DNA of 64,000 nucleotides from Octopus vulgaris (taxonomy: Eukaryota). The position numbers and the translations under genes were made by a program. Below, piece by piece: positions 41,001 to 54,226 of this stretch (position 1 is its first letter; every line of letters starts with the position of its first letter). The notes under the pieces were generated by a model that saw only the letters and a list, made by a program, of their open reading frames with translations, had not been told where the DNA came from and searched no databases. Location of the stretch: positions 38,130,001 through 38,194,000 of the forward strand of contig OX597831.1 of NCBI GenBank assembly GCA_951406725.2, written 5' to 3'.

Positions 41001-42650
41001 TTATCTGATTACAATGAGTTTTTATGTCTGACAATCAGAAAAGAATGTGTTTTCAATGTAGTGGAAACATTGATAATAATTGAATGCAGCTTTATATTCG
41101 GTCTAGCAATAAACCCATTTAACTAATTGAATTTCTACAGCTGAAATTGAAAACTGTTTTCTTTGTAGTACTGAAATGTTCAGTTGAGGTATTAAATAGG
41201 TTGGTTTTGTTTCAACATCACTTGTTCATTCATCGCATGTAAATATCTAATATTAATGGTGGATTTGTGTATTCCAACAGCACTTACAATTGGACTGATA
41301 TCTCACTAGAGGTGAAACAAATGAAATAAGCAAACTAATTCTAGCTAAACAGGTAACACACCGAATAATCATCAATACTTTAAAATTGTTAATTTTGAAG
41401 ACATTATTACTAAACCTAAGAAACTTCATCTTACATCAACCCACCCGTGAGATGATGTAAGATCATCTCGTTAGATCTGTAAGATCCGTAAGATCAAGTT
41501 TCGTGAAGTGATCATGTGAAGAAAGCTGACCTGAACATCGAACATATAATAAAATGAACATTACACTTAAGGGGATAATGAAGGAAATATTAGCACTAAT
41601 AACCCTTCTAATTATTAGCACAAGACCCGAAATTTGGTGGGTCGGCGCTAGTGGACGGAATCGACCACAGAAGACTGGTACTTATCTTATCAACCACGAA
41701 AGAAAGAAATGCTACGTCGACGACGGTGGAATATGAATAATTCAGAACGTAAAGACGGACAAAATGCCGCAAAGCAGTGCTAATAACCTTGCCATGATGA
41801 GCCTCACAAATAGCGGTGAGTAGAGCTACGTAACACTGATTCCTGTCAGCCCATAAATTACTTCAGGAGTGGAACGTAAATGACAACAAATATGAAAAAA
41901 CTACATTCGTAACTAATAATAATAATGGAGTCTGAATATGGTTGCTACACTTGCTAAAATGATAAAATGTATTTTCTCACATCACACCGTAACATTAGTA
42001 AAGAAATATACATTAGGTAATGTATCTGGGTGCAGGTCACCCAGGAAAAATACTTAGGGCAAGGTCGTGAATTAGATTTCTATAACCACAGGTCTGCTCG
42101 ATCAGCCATGAGCAAAATCTATAACAAATTGTAATATTCATGCACATATATTGGCACAAACCAGAATATGTAATATTTCAGTTTGCGAATGCTACACCGA
42201 GTAGATCTGTGACACTGAGAGATAGTAAAACAGTGATAAGAAAATATTTTGAAATCTGACAATCGTAATAATGGATGCTCGCATTAAGAGGAAGAAGACA
42301 GAAATAGAACGTCAGAAAGAATGTTGTAGAAGAATATAGTTATATAGAAACGTGTACAAAAGTTTATATAAAATAGCTAATGTAGTACCAGAAATATTGC
42401 TGTAAGTCTTATAAAACCCAATAACTCCTGTGAACCAAATGATTGATTGATGCAACGCGAAGCAACAATCTGGCAGGGTAGATTGAGATGTAACTGAGGT
42501 TCAAACGACAAATGTTAAAATAGAAACATTATTGAATTAAAAGCGGTATTTTGGATATGTTTATATTTGCGAAACAATAAAGATAACGCAGAAATATAAA
42601 TTTAAAGGATTTCGATATGAAGTGATTAAAAGGATGCTCGGTACATATTC

Positions 42651-43069
42651 TCTTCTACTCTAGGCCAGAAAATTTTTGGGTCGGGGGCCAGTCGATTAGA
42701 ACGACCTCAGTACGCAACTGGTACTTAATTTATCGACCCCGAAATGATTAAAGCCAAAGTCGACCTCGGCAGAATTTGAATTCAAAACATACAGGCAGAC
42801 GAAATAGCGCTAAGCATTTCGCCCGGCGTGCTAACGTTTCTTATTTCTTTACTGTCCAGAAGGGGTTACACACAGAGAGGGCAAACAAGGACAGACAAAC
42901 GGATTAAGTCGATTATATCGACCCCAGTGCGTAACTGGTACTTATTTAATCGACCCCGAAAGGATGAAAGGCGAAGTCGACCTCGTCAGAATTGGAACAC
43001 AGAACGTAACGGCAAACGAAATACTGCTAAGCATTTCGCCCTGCGTACTAATGTTTCTGCCAGCTCGCC
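42651..43069 (-). mobile_element. Tandem dimer of SINE family A, one copy of each tail type
   Basis: 42651-42838 has the ..cctagagtagaag tail; 42840-43069 has the ..ctctgtgtgtaacccct..agtaaagaaataag tail. Confidence 0.85.
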
Positions 43070-43591
43070 ACTTTATGGTCCCCATATGTTGTCGCAGAAA
43101 AATTCGGAAACAGGGCAATAACTACAAAAATTAACCATCTGTATTATCAGTGTTTTTTTCAGCGATTTAAATAAGACTTTTCACTGTTATTTCCAGCAGG
43201 TAGACATACTTGGTAAGTCCTTTGAGTGATATAGATTTTAATCCTTCAATTATTTAATGCTTTTTGGGGACGGCAATCGCCTTATCTATTCTGTTATTAT
43301 CGATTTTAATTGTTACCCTAGATAGCAGAGTTAATGATATTTTCGCAAATATTTTTCTCCTGAATTATTTCCGTATTGAAAATATTTTGACATTGATAAC
43401 TACTATGATTTGGTGCAAAAGCAAAGCCGTTGTAGTACAGACTTCAACGTGACAGATTGGGGCTTTTTTTTTTTCGGGTAACACGTGCTGAGGAAGATTT
43501 GGTCTATAAAGCCAGTCTAGAAACCGGTACACTTGAGTCCAAATACTAGAATGTATGTTGAAAGATTCCTTTGATCCGTTCGCTCGCACTA

Positions 43592-44813
43592 TTGGGTTGT
43601 CAAGAAATTTCTTGCGGTTTTTAACCTTTAACTTCAAATGTACATATCTCGGCTCAAACAAAACTTTATCGATTAAAATAAACACCATCAGAATCAACAA
43701 ACTTTTGCAAACGCGAAACAAGTTTATCTATGCCAGTAGCGTAAAGATCCAGCGGTCTGGTGGCGCTGAAGTTGTTGAAGGCGTGTTTGGCATCGTATTG
43801 GTTTTTGAAGCGTTTCTCACGCAGGAAGTTATCGAAATGCTTGAAAAAGTGTTAGTCGGTAGGCGAGAGGTCTGCTAAGTATGGAGGATGAGGCAGAATT
43901 TTGTAGCCCAATTCGTTCAACTTCTGCAGGGTCAGCTGTGCGACGTACAGCCGAGCGTTGTCGTGGAGAGAAATTGGTTCTTTTCTATTGACCGAAGGTG
44001 GTTGTTGTCGGAGTTTCTTATGCATTTCATCCATTTGCTGATATTACTTTTCCGCCGTAATGGTTTCGCCTGGATCCAAAAAGCTGTGATGGATGAGACC
44101 GGCTGAAGACCACCAAAGAGACACCATGACATTCTTTTGCTGCAACTTTGGCTTCGAGAATTGCCGTGGTGCTTTGTCGGCGTCCAACCACTGAGCTGAG
44201 CGTCGCCGGTTGACGTAAAGAATCAATTTTCCATTGCAAGTCACAATCTGGTTGAGAAACGGGTCGTTCTTATTGCGTAAAAGTTGTTGTTTTCTTTTGG
44301 CTGTCGTTCAATTCGTGCCTGCACCCATTTCTCAAGTATTTTTGTTTTTCCAATCTCTTTCAAGTTGTTAGAAATTGTCGTATACGTTACCTTTAATTAA
44401 GAAGCAGGCTCTCGAACAGTTGTGCGTGGATTGGCTTCCACTAAGGCTCTTAGTTGATCGTCGTCAACATCCTATTGCCGACCACTACGCTAATCATTTT
44501 CAAGACTCTCCTCACCGCTACGAGATTTATTGAACCACCACTCTGTTGTACACTCATTAGTGGTTCCTGGGCCAAAAGCATCGTTGATATCACGAGTTGT
44601 TTCAGCCACTTTTCGGCCTAGCTTGAACTGGAATAAGAAAATTGTGCGAATTTGCTTGTTGTCCAAAAGGAAAAAACGAAATACGATTAGATAGAGCGAA
44701 AAACGGGTTTAAAATAATATATAAAGTCAAATTAATTTAACGAAAATTAATTTGAAAATGCAACATTTAAAACCCAAATTAAAATTTCCGCAAGAACTTT
44801 CTTGACAACCTAA
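43592..44813 (-). mobile_element. Full-length decayed mariner, Hsmar1/cecropia-like
   Basis: TIRs ttgggttgtcaagaaatttcttgcgg and ccgcaagaactttcttgacaacctaa, TA on both sides. Pseudo-ORF ~44666-43666 reads DNKQIRTIFLFQFKLGRK..INDAFGPGTTNE..VTC..LHDNAR..HPPYLADLSPTD. Confidence 0.95.
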
Positions 44814-45068
44814 TATTATCAATGCTTTTTCTGCGATTTAAATAAGAATTTTACGTGTAATTTCCAGTTAATGTTCTTTCATTAATATCAATTTTAATCC
44901 TTCAACTATTTAATGCTTTTTTGGGCCTGCACTCGCCTATATTGTTTATTCTGTTATAATCGATTTTAATTGGTACCCTAGATATTAACAGAGTGAATAA
45001 TATCTTCGCAAATATTTTTTCTCCTGAATTACGTGCTCCGTATTAAAAGAATATATATATATATATCA

Positions 45069-46610
45069 ATGGAGTTCAGCGCAGGTGTTATTCAAATTAT
45101 TTTACTTCCCACACATATTTCAAAAATATCACTGGTAGTATTCCAAAGGAATAAAGTGGTGTATAACAATGTAATCTTCTCTTCAGGGAAATGAAGAAAT
45201 GAAAGTCGTTAATAAAATATTTTAAAAGAATATGATGGATATGTATAGTGATTAACTGAACACTATTAAGCTTGTTTTAAAACAACGTTACGGGATACAA
45301 CATTAAACGTAGTCTATAGAATGAGGAGGGGTAAAGGAAAGAGAAAATACAAATGAAGGAAAAGTATATAACGATATGTAAATTAAATAAAACCCCTTTA
45401 GTCTTGGAAAAAGATATATCTAGTGAATATGAAATGTAAGAAGAAAATTAATGTTTAAAATATATATATAATAATAGATATCACTTATATGAACTAAAGG
45501 TGTGTTTCTGCAAATGTTTACATCGGTATGAACGCTCTATAACCGTGTTTACAAGGGAGTTTTTAGAAAAAAGAAGAAAGAATCGCTCAGAATAAGAGAG
45601 AAGACAGAATTCCTTGGCTTTATCATAAGGTATAGAAATTAACAGAATCGACCAATCTAAATTAAATTGTTTATTGTGGTCTTTTAGATACCAAATAAAT
45701 TTACTAAGCCCTGTACTGTTACGTTTATTCATATCCATAAATATAGAGTAATGATTAGAAATTCTTTCAAATAACTGAGAAGATAAGCTGCCTATATAAT
45801 AAATACTTCATTACCAGAAGTAATTTTACACTGGTATATAGAATTTTTAATTTTAGAGTTACTTGATATAAACTCGATTATGTTGTAATACAATAACCTT
45901 GCTATTAATATTTCTAGGGGATGGTATTATCTAAATTAATGTTTGTATTAGTAAATGTATCACTATTTAACGGGCTAATATTATGCGAGGAGATAATTTA
46001 TAAGAAAGTTTTGGTGTTGGAAATACCAATCCTAACCGTGTGTGAGTTGATAGGAGAGTAATACCGAGAATTCTTTGGAAAATTCCTAATAAAATCTTCA
46101 CGAAACTGCAAATGGAAATTAGATTTAATTTGTCTCCCATAAGGAATAATTAATCAAGTGTTTTTACGATTAGTTACCTTATTTTTAGTGTAACTATCTT
46201 TGAAAGACATAGATTTACCATTAGAACGAAAATAGGGGTTTAAATAAGGGTTATCTCCCTTCCTCAGTTTGGTGTTGGCGTATAAATTAATATTGATATC
46301 GTTTATATCCTTACAACTAGATTTCATATCGCCATTAATAAAGGTAGAATAAGATTGAATAGAACTAATGTAGGTAACGTTCTCTGTATAACCTGCTTTA
46401 AGTAAGGCAGAGTTATAAAATTCGGCCTTATCATTGAAAATGTCAACATTAGCAGATATATTCTTAATTAAGTTCTTAACTAAGTTCCTAGTAATTGCAC
46501 TAGAATGATTACTGAATTTGCTAATATACTTTAGGTTGGTCGATGTTTGTGGTATGGGAAGTACGAATTATTGTGTAAGTTAAGTGTAATATCTAAAAAG
46601 ATGGCCTCCG
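45069..46610 (-). mobile_element. 5'-truncated Penelope-like element (RT thumb, GIY-YIG endonuclease, pLTR with degenerate hammerhead)
   Basis: Minus strand reads FLDITLNL..PYHK..YISKFSNH..FYNSALLKAGY and IYQC..TGLSKFIWYLK..W.IL..PYDK..FCLL. CTGAAGA core at 45180-45186. Confidence 0.9.
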
Positions 46611-47067
46611 TACAGCATCATCAAAAACTATGCTTAAGCCCGTTGTACGGAAAAACCTAAACTATTCTTACCTTTTAGTACTTTGTGGTCGGAAACATTT
46701 TGAAGGTAAAGTAAGCAACCATCACGATATAGACCTCCATTTATGTTTGGGAACAGTTCTGCCATTTCAAAAAGAATATATATATACAGACCAACTCAGC
46801 CACTTTTGCTGAATCAGAACTGCTCATTGCAACATCAAAACCATATGGTGTGTCTTTAGGGACCCACAACTTATTGTCAAACTTTATGATAGATTTTCTG
46901 GCGACCAATACAACATAAATTTCTTCCCTCGTGAGACCAACTTTGTTATGAGCAAGGCAAAGTGCCTTATTAAGTATTATTGGGTTGATGGATGAATAAA
47001 GCTAATCAAAAGACAAACTAAGTATGAATACCTGCTGGAAATAGCGTTTAGTTGATCACTATACATA

Positions 47068-47388
47068 TATATCATATTCTGTTAAAATGTCTTATTGACG
47101 AGTTTCATTTCTTCATTTCCCTGAAGAAAAGTTTATATTGTTTTACACCATTTCATTCCTTTAGAATAATACCATTGATATCTTCGTAACATGTGTCGGA
47201 AGTAAAAGAATTTGAATAACACCTGCGTTTACCTCCATTTATTTATATATATTCTACAAAATACTTTACATAAACCTGGAGATTTAAAAACAAGGAGTTA
47301 CAACCTTCTTACTTGTGTGATTTTTTGCTACCTTGGCAACTATTTATTTATTTTTTCCGTGTTAATTTTTAACAAGGGAAAATACACA
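47068..47388 (+). mobile_element. Inverted pLTR plus tail of the same Penelope family, with a hammerhead at 47117-47201
   Basis: ttcc-CTGAAGA-long stem II-GTAAC-atgt-GTC-ggaa. Homologous to 59600-59910 and ends in (CA)/(TA)n. Confidence 0.85.
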
Positions 47389-47401
47389 TACACACACACA
47401 G

Positions 47402-47477
<76 letters not shown>

Positions 47478-47726
47478 TCACAATGCGCTTCGCATTGTTT
47501 TAGATGACGCCACCCCAGTGGCTAAGCGAGCACGCCGACAGAAGAAAGAGTGAGAGAAATATGCGGTGAAAGAGTACAGTAGGGATCGTCACTCCCCCTG
47601 ACGCAGCCTCGTGGAGCTTGAGGCATTTTCGTTCAATAGACTCTCTCAACGCCCGGTCTGGGAATTGAAATCGCTATCGTACGACCGCGAGTCTGCTGTC
47701 CTAACCACTGGGCCATTGCGTCTCCA
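47478..47726 (-). mobile_element. SINE family B copy
   Basis: ..cgaccgcgagtctgctgtcctaaccactgggccattgcgtctcc is the reverse complement of the head. Confidence 0.85.
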
Positions 47727-47735
47727 CTTTTACAT

Positions 47736-47774
<39 letters not shown>

Positions 47775-48282
47775 CACACACATAAATACAAACGTACATA
47801 CATACCGATGCATTTTTACAGACATTGTGCTCTGAGCATGCATCCGAGTGTGATCATACTTTTATGTATGTAAGTAAATATGTATATCCATAACCGATAT
47901 TGCAATACACTTCTGAAAGTATAGACATTCATTCCTATATGAAAGAGGTTAAAGCGACAAAAGCTTAATGAGTGCCGCAAACAGGTGGCAATCTCTAAAC
48001 ACCTGTAAGAAATTATTCAATAAAATGAAAGACGGCGATGGCTCGAAATCATTTCAAACGCTAACTACTGTTTAGTTTTAATAGTTCTCCCTCTCCAAGT
48101 CATTATATTGCGCCACTTAAATACAAAAGTGGGTGTATATACGTGATCTGCATATGTGCTATATATGAAACATTAAATACGGTTTTATTGAAATAGAGAA
48201 CAATGTAAAAGTGAATATTATACTAAATAATTGAGTTTCTTCTCTGATTTATTTTTAATAGCTTACTTACCGGAGGAGTGAA

Positions 48283-48550
48283 GGCGCATGGCTCAGTGTT
48301 TAGACCGTTCTGCTCACAATCATGAGGTAGTGAGATCAATTCCTGAACCGGGCTGTGCGTTGTATACCTGAGCAAGACACTACTTCACGTTGCTTCAGTT
48401 CCCTAGGCTGTAAAAATGTGTTCTGACGTCACAAGTGCCAAAGTGCATCGGGCTTTGCCTTTCACTTGGATAACATCGGTGGCATGGAGAAGGGAGGCTG
48501 GTATGCACGAGCCACTGCAATGCCACGTCTATTAATGACCGAACGAAGTC
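48283..48550 (+). mobile_element. SINE family D copy
   Basis: ggcgcatggctcagtg..ctcacaatcatgagg..gagcaagacac..ttggataacatcggtggc. Confidence 0.8.
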
Positions 48551-49558
48551 GTTACCATTTACTCTTTACTTATTGTGACGTATTTCCCAGTATTCTTATA
48601 TAGAGAAAAAAAGTCACAGATGTACCATGTGACTTGAGAAGTAGTGTTTAGGTGACATTGTTTCCGTCAACGAAAATGAGATTCACAAGGCGAAACTATG
48701 GACGAAATGTGCCATACATTTGTCCAAATTTATCCTGAAAGACACTAGAGAAAAATATGAAACTTTCCCGACGTTATTCGAAATGGCTACCATTCGTGCG
48801 GGTATGTTACCAGGAGCTGATTCAGTAAACCAGAAGTCTATGTGGATAAGAGCAAAGATATTTGCATTTTATTATTGTCCCGAAGATACCGTGCAATGGA
48901 ACTGAAATTGAAACCGCTTGTTTACGAATTGAATATTTTATGCAAATAACAACGACTTCACCCAGAGATAGAAAATGTCTGAGAAAACAAATAGGACAGA
49001 AATACAGCGAGTGCAATATTGACTATATGTCTGTAGAAAGTGAACAAACACATTGATGAAGAACAAAACAATAATACCGATAATAGCAATAACAACAGCA
49101 ACAAAACAATAGCAGCTACAGCAACAGCAACAACAATAACTTCAACATTTCGGAAAAGCAACAACATAAACTACAAAAAAAAACATACGAAAGAGCACCA
49201 AAAAGATAAAGCAAATTAAATATTTTTTTCAAATAGAAAATTTAAAATTTACGAAAAGTAAATGAGTTGAAATTTAAGAAAATAATGTCCTTGCGAGGGC
49301 AATGAATACACTTTCTTTTCTTTTCTTTTCTGTTTTACTTTTAAATTCGCAAAATCTAATAAAAAGAATAAATTATGTATAATTATCTTATGGAATGAGA
49401 TTAAAGTTAGAAAACATGCTTCGAGTGTCAAAAGAATGATTATGAATGTGTAAAATCAATAAAGTGCATAAAACAGCTTTAAAAGAAATTAATAAAATTA
49501 CAATATAATATGTATGTATATGTATGTTTTTTTTTTTTTTTGGATGTATGTATACGTG

Positions 49559-49765
49559 GTGGCACATGGCCTAGTGATTAGAGCAGCGGAATCGCGGTCG
49601 AGGGATCGCGGGTTCGAATCTCAGACCGGGCGATGTGTGTGTATTTATGAGCAAAAATAACTAAGCTCGACGCGGCTCCAGCAGAAGGTAATGGCGAATT
49701 TCTGCTGACTCTTCCGCCACAACTTTCTCTCACCCTTTCCTCCTGCATCCTGCAGGTCACCTGCG
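49559..49765 (+). mobile_element. SINE family B variant, same subfamily as 58011-58297
   Basis: ggcacatggcctagtgattagagcagcggaatcgcggtcgagggatcgcgggttcgaatctcagaccggg..gcagaaggtaatggcgaa. Confidence 0.85.
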
Positions 49766-50342
49766 TTAAAGTAATACATCTGCTTGTGGCTCCTACACAT
49801 GTTTCGTCTTTTGTATTCTGTAAATTTGAACTATATGTATATATACATATATGTATGTATGTGCGTGTGTGAGTATAGCATATATGTCTGTACATACATA
49901 CATACATACGTATGCATATATATATTAAAATACATATATATTTATTTGATAATAAGAAAATGTTAAAAAGAGTTTACAAGGAAATATCTGAGAAAATATT
50001 AAGCAAAACGTTCAATAAAAATATTAGTTCAATAAAAATCATATTTAGTACTATATATATATACACACACAGCAGGACATATTTAGGAGTTTACAAATAA
50101 TTTGAGATGAACTGACCTGTTTTAATTTTTTTTATTTTGTTTGAAGCTAAGAATTGTTTACTATTTTAAGGGACACCGTGGGAGGTTGGTTGGGGTGGAA
50201 CGGACACAGAGGCACACACACTCACACCATTCTGACCTCTAAGATCATTCCACAACACCACTGAACCATGACAGACTAGCCCAGAAACAAAATAATCCTT
50301 TCCATTCCACATTGCTCTTCCTTCCCCCCACACCAACCATCG

Positions 50343-50424
<82 letters not shown>

Positions 50425-51340
50425 TATGTGTGTGTGTGTGTGTCTGTGTGTCTGTGCGTGTGTGTGTGTTTTCCTCCCAACATCGCTTGACAACCGATGC
50501 TGGTGTGTTTGCGTCCCCGTAACTTAACGGTTCGGCAAAAGATAACGATAGAATAAGTACTAGGCTTACAAAGAATAAGTCCTGGAGTCGATTTGCTCGA
50601 CTAAAGGTGGTGCTCCAGCATGGCAGCATTCAAATGACTGAAACAAGTAAAAGAGAAAAAAAGGTATATATGTAACGTATAGATCTCAAAATTTGGGTAG
50701 AAGGACTGTAACAGCACGGGAAGATGTATGTCGATGGTATCGACCCTCAGTACGCAACTGGTATATATTTTATCGACTCCCAGTCCTCAACTGCTGTTTA
50801 TTTTATCGAACCCAACAAGATGAGAGGCAATGTCGACCTCGGCGTCATTTTAATTCATAACATAAAGACGCACGAAATGGAGCATTTTTTTAGTTGCTTC
50901 AGTAATTTGACAGTGGCCATACTGGAGCACCACCTTTAGTCGAGCAAATCGACCTCACTACTTATTCTTTCTAAGCCTAGTACTTATTCTATAGAGTAAA
51001 GAGTATATCGTCATGAAACTTTTTTCGACACGCCATTATATTATTGCTACAAATTTGATTAAATCACGAATGAAATATATTCATTGACGGCATAGCATAA
51101 TGTAAAATGTGTTTATATATTCGTATACACAGAAATAAGTACGACCTTGGTTATATATATAAATTTTATGTAGAATACAACCCCGGCCGCACCACCAACT
51201 ATTAACATTGATAACGATTGTAATAATAAGAGCGAAAATACAGGCAAGTTTGTGTTATAGACATAAACAATTGTATGCGTGGGTGTATGTATGTCTTATA
51301 TATATCTACGTATGTCTGTATGTATATGAATATATACTTA

Positions 51341-51387
<47 letters not shown>

Positions 51388-51436
51388 CTATATGACATAA
51401 ATCTATATGCATGCATATATATGTGTACATATCTAC

Positions 51437-51474
<38 letters not shown>

Positions 51475-52495
51475 TAGTCGCGGCTATAACTAATATTATT
51501 ATGTAAACAAAGTTATATTTATAGGGTTAATAAACATATTTTTAGATTTTCTATGAAATTACCCTGAGAAGTATTTTGGAGTAGAGATTTCATATGTACA
51601 TATATATATATATATACATAGACACATATCTATGTACAAATGTACAATCCTCTGTGTGTGTGTGTGTATGTGTATGTCGTGTGTGTATGTTTGTGTGTGT
51701 GTGTATTCATTTACAACACAGTTCTATATACATACATTTATTCTCGCAAAGAGAATTATTGGCTTTTTGCGCATATACAAAATTCATTGTTATTTGAAGC
51801 AATCCTTATAAAAGATCAAAGAAATACTGCTAAAATTAGCGAAAGCGAGAGAGAATATTTTCGACTTAGACACGTCAACACACAAACACTAACGTATTAA
51901 ATCTAACTTTTACTTTTAGATTAATAGTGTAAACAAAGTTTTAATCATGTGTTTAATAATCTTATATATTTTTAACTACTCTAGCAATGGACACTTGCAT
52001 CTATTTCGTATCAACGTTTCTGTATATGTGTCTGTCTTTCTATGTGTGAGCGCATAGTGCGTGTGAATACATACACCGTACGGCGGAGATTGAGAGAAGA
52101 TAAAGATGGAGATAACAAAATGAGCGAGAATTAAAGAGAACACGGGAAGAATATAGATTCTATTTTGAGTTATCTTCCAGGGAATGAAATTTCGTTCACA
52201 CTGTTTCTATTGAATATAAAAGGAAGCAACTCTCTAATCTAAACTAAATGCGTGAAGATCATTACAATAGCATCTTGTTGACTAGTCTCTTAAGCTGATG
52301 TTGTTACTATATTAAGTAAATTCTCCGTCTCTCTCTATGAACGATCCGTAGCATTATTTATCGAAAATATTTACCCTAATAGAGAAATAATGAATTATTC
52401 ATATACATTCCTGCAATTCTTAGAATTTTAAGAATTCTAATTGCAAATTTCTCAAACACAGCTTGCCGTATTTACCTTCAAAAGAAATCTTATAA

Positions 52496-52539
<44 letters not shown>

Positions 52540-52545
<6 letters not shown>

Positions 52546-52757
52546 GAAAGAATGGAGTCGAACGACGATTTTTGTTAAAATCGCCGTTCGACTCCATTCT
52601 TTCATTTATTCATATTTAAAAAAAACACACAATTTTACACACGAGAACACGGGATCCCTGCCCTTGGCATATAGCTTCAACCGTGTTTTCTGACGTGAAT
52701 TTGCTACCCAGGTATCGGTTAACCGAATTATCCATACTAGGATAATTCATTCACCTT

Positions 52758-52760
<3 letters not shown>
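52540..52760. mobile_element. Fold-back mini-element: 33-bp hairpin plus tail between (TA)n tracts
   Basis: Arms 52540-52572 and 52577-52609 (one mismatch, 4-nt loop). The tail has a second hairpin gaattatcc-atacta-ggataattc. Confidence 0.75.
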
Positions 52761-52801
<41 letters not shown>

Positions 52802-53107
52802 ATATATACATATATATGTACATAATAAAAAAGGGTAAAATTAATTAATTAACCAGTAATCAATAATTACACCAAGTAGAATTCGACATGAAAAAGGACC
52901 ATTTCTCGGTAAACTTAAGTAATATTTTATAATTAGGGTTCAGCAAAGATTTTGCTTTACCGCATACCGAAGTTTAGAAATAGCAGCCAAAGAACCTTTG
53001 CTATTTCCTCTACTTTAAATAGAAGCTCCCGGACAGAAACAAAGTACTCGAAAACAATCCACGCAGGTAGAGAGGAAAAATAACGAAAATCAATCGATAT
53101 TCGATTA

Positions 53108-53190
53108 CCCATGTACGCGTTTCGGAATTAGATTGGTATAAAGAATGTAGAATTTATACTTTATCCAAACATTTTCTTCTTCAGCATGGG
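53108..53190 (-). ncRNA. Type-I hammerhead ribozyme with extended stem II
   Basis: Minus strand reads cccatg-CTGAAGA-[..ttggataaag..ctttataccaa..ttcc]-GAAAC-GC-GTA-catggg. Stem I is a perfect 6 bp and stem III is the palindrome ACGCGT. Confidence 0.85.
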
Positions 53191-53454
53191 ACTTCACAAT
53201 ATTAAATTCGAAGGCACTGGAAGAGTCGAATATACCTCTCTAACTAACAGTATCAGACAGATCATATTCAACGTCCAGTACCGCCGAATTCAAAATATAC
53301 GAATGAGGTTCATCATCTTCCCCTGCCCATCCACGTGCGTCGTCAAGTAAAAATACTACACAAAAAAATCTGTACTTTATTATCAGGAAGAAAATTATAT
53401 TATCAATAATAGCATAGGCTAAAAGTAGTTAATTAACTAGTAATCAATAATTTT

Positions 53455-53697
53455 AGGGGAGGGCCTAGTCGGTTAGATCGACCACAGTATGCAAGTGGTA
53501 CTTAATTTATCGACCCCGAAAGGATGAAATGTAAAGTCGACCTCGGCGGAATTTGAACTCAAAACATAAAGACGGACGAAATAGCCCTAAGCATTTGTCT
53601 CGGCATGCTAACGTTTCCTTTCTACTCTAGGCACAAAGCTTGAAATTTTAGGGGATTAGACCGAACCCAGTATGCAACTGGTACTTAATTTATCGAC
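53455..53697 (-). mobile_element. SINE family A composite, an inverted copy of 54517-54755
   Basis: Shares the dimer junction and private variants (aaatagccctaagcatttgtctcggc, gcaagtggtac) with the downstream array. Confidence 0.85.
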
Positions 53698-54226
53698 ACA
53701 ATTCGGCATGAAAAAGGACCATTTCTCGGTAAACTTAAGTAACACATTATAATTAGGGTTCAGCAAAGATTTGCTTTACCACATACCGAAGTTTAGAAAT
53801 TCTACATTCTTTATACCAATCTAATTCCGACCAACTAGGTTACGGCTGGGAGAGTGAATACTGGAAACTATTCCGAAGTTTATAATAATGATCTTGTTTG
53901 AGGGAGCAAAATAAGATAATGAAGCAGGGGAGAAGAAGGAGGAAGGGAATGGACGGAGGAAAGAAAGAAGTAGACTATGCATGTAATACTTGTAATGCGT
54001 GAATCCATGTGTGAATATGAAGACTCTTTGTATATCCTGTCACTCCTTGTTGATGCCTGCATAACTTGAAGGACAAATACGTACTTTAGTTATGCAAACA
54101 CAGCAGGTAAATTAACATACTTCAAAAGTTGTAAGATTTATATTTCGTCTTCGCTTCAAGATTTTCTGCTAAATAAGGCTCATTCCATACCTGATATTTT
54201 AATTTAAAATTTTAACTTCCAATAAA

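Larger units (their letters stand above)
52820..53830 (-). mobile_element. Tandem-unit non-coding PLE/retrozyme-like element with a hammerhead
   Basis: The unit start ttaattaac(c/t)agtaatcaataatt occurs at ~52845 and ~53428. 52880-52981 repeats at 53700-53800, and 53800-53830 is an inverted piece of stem II. Confidence 0.75.

Noticed and set aside
41448-41490. Small hairpin gagatgat-gtaag-atcatctc with gtaagatc repeats
   Set aside because: Short local slippage with no further structure.
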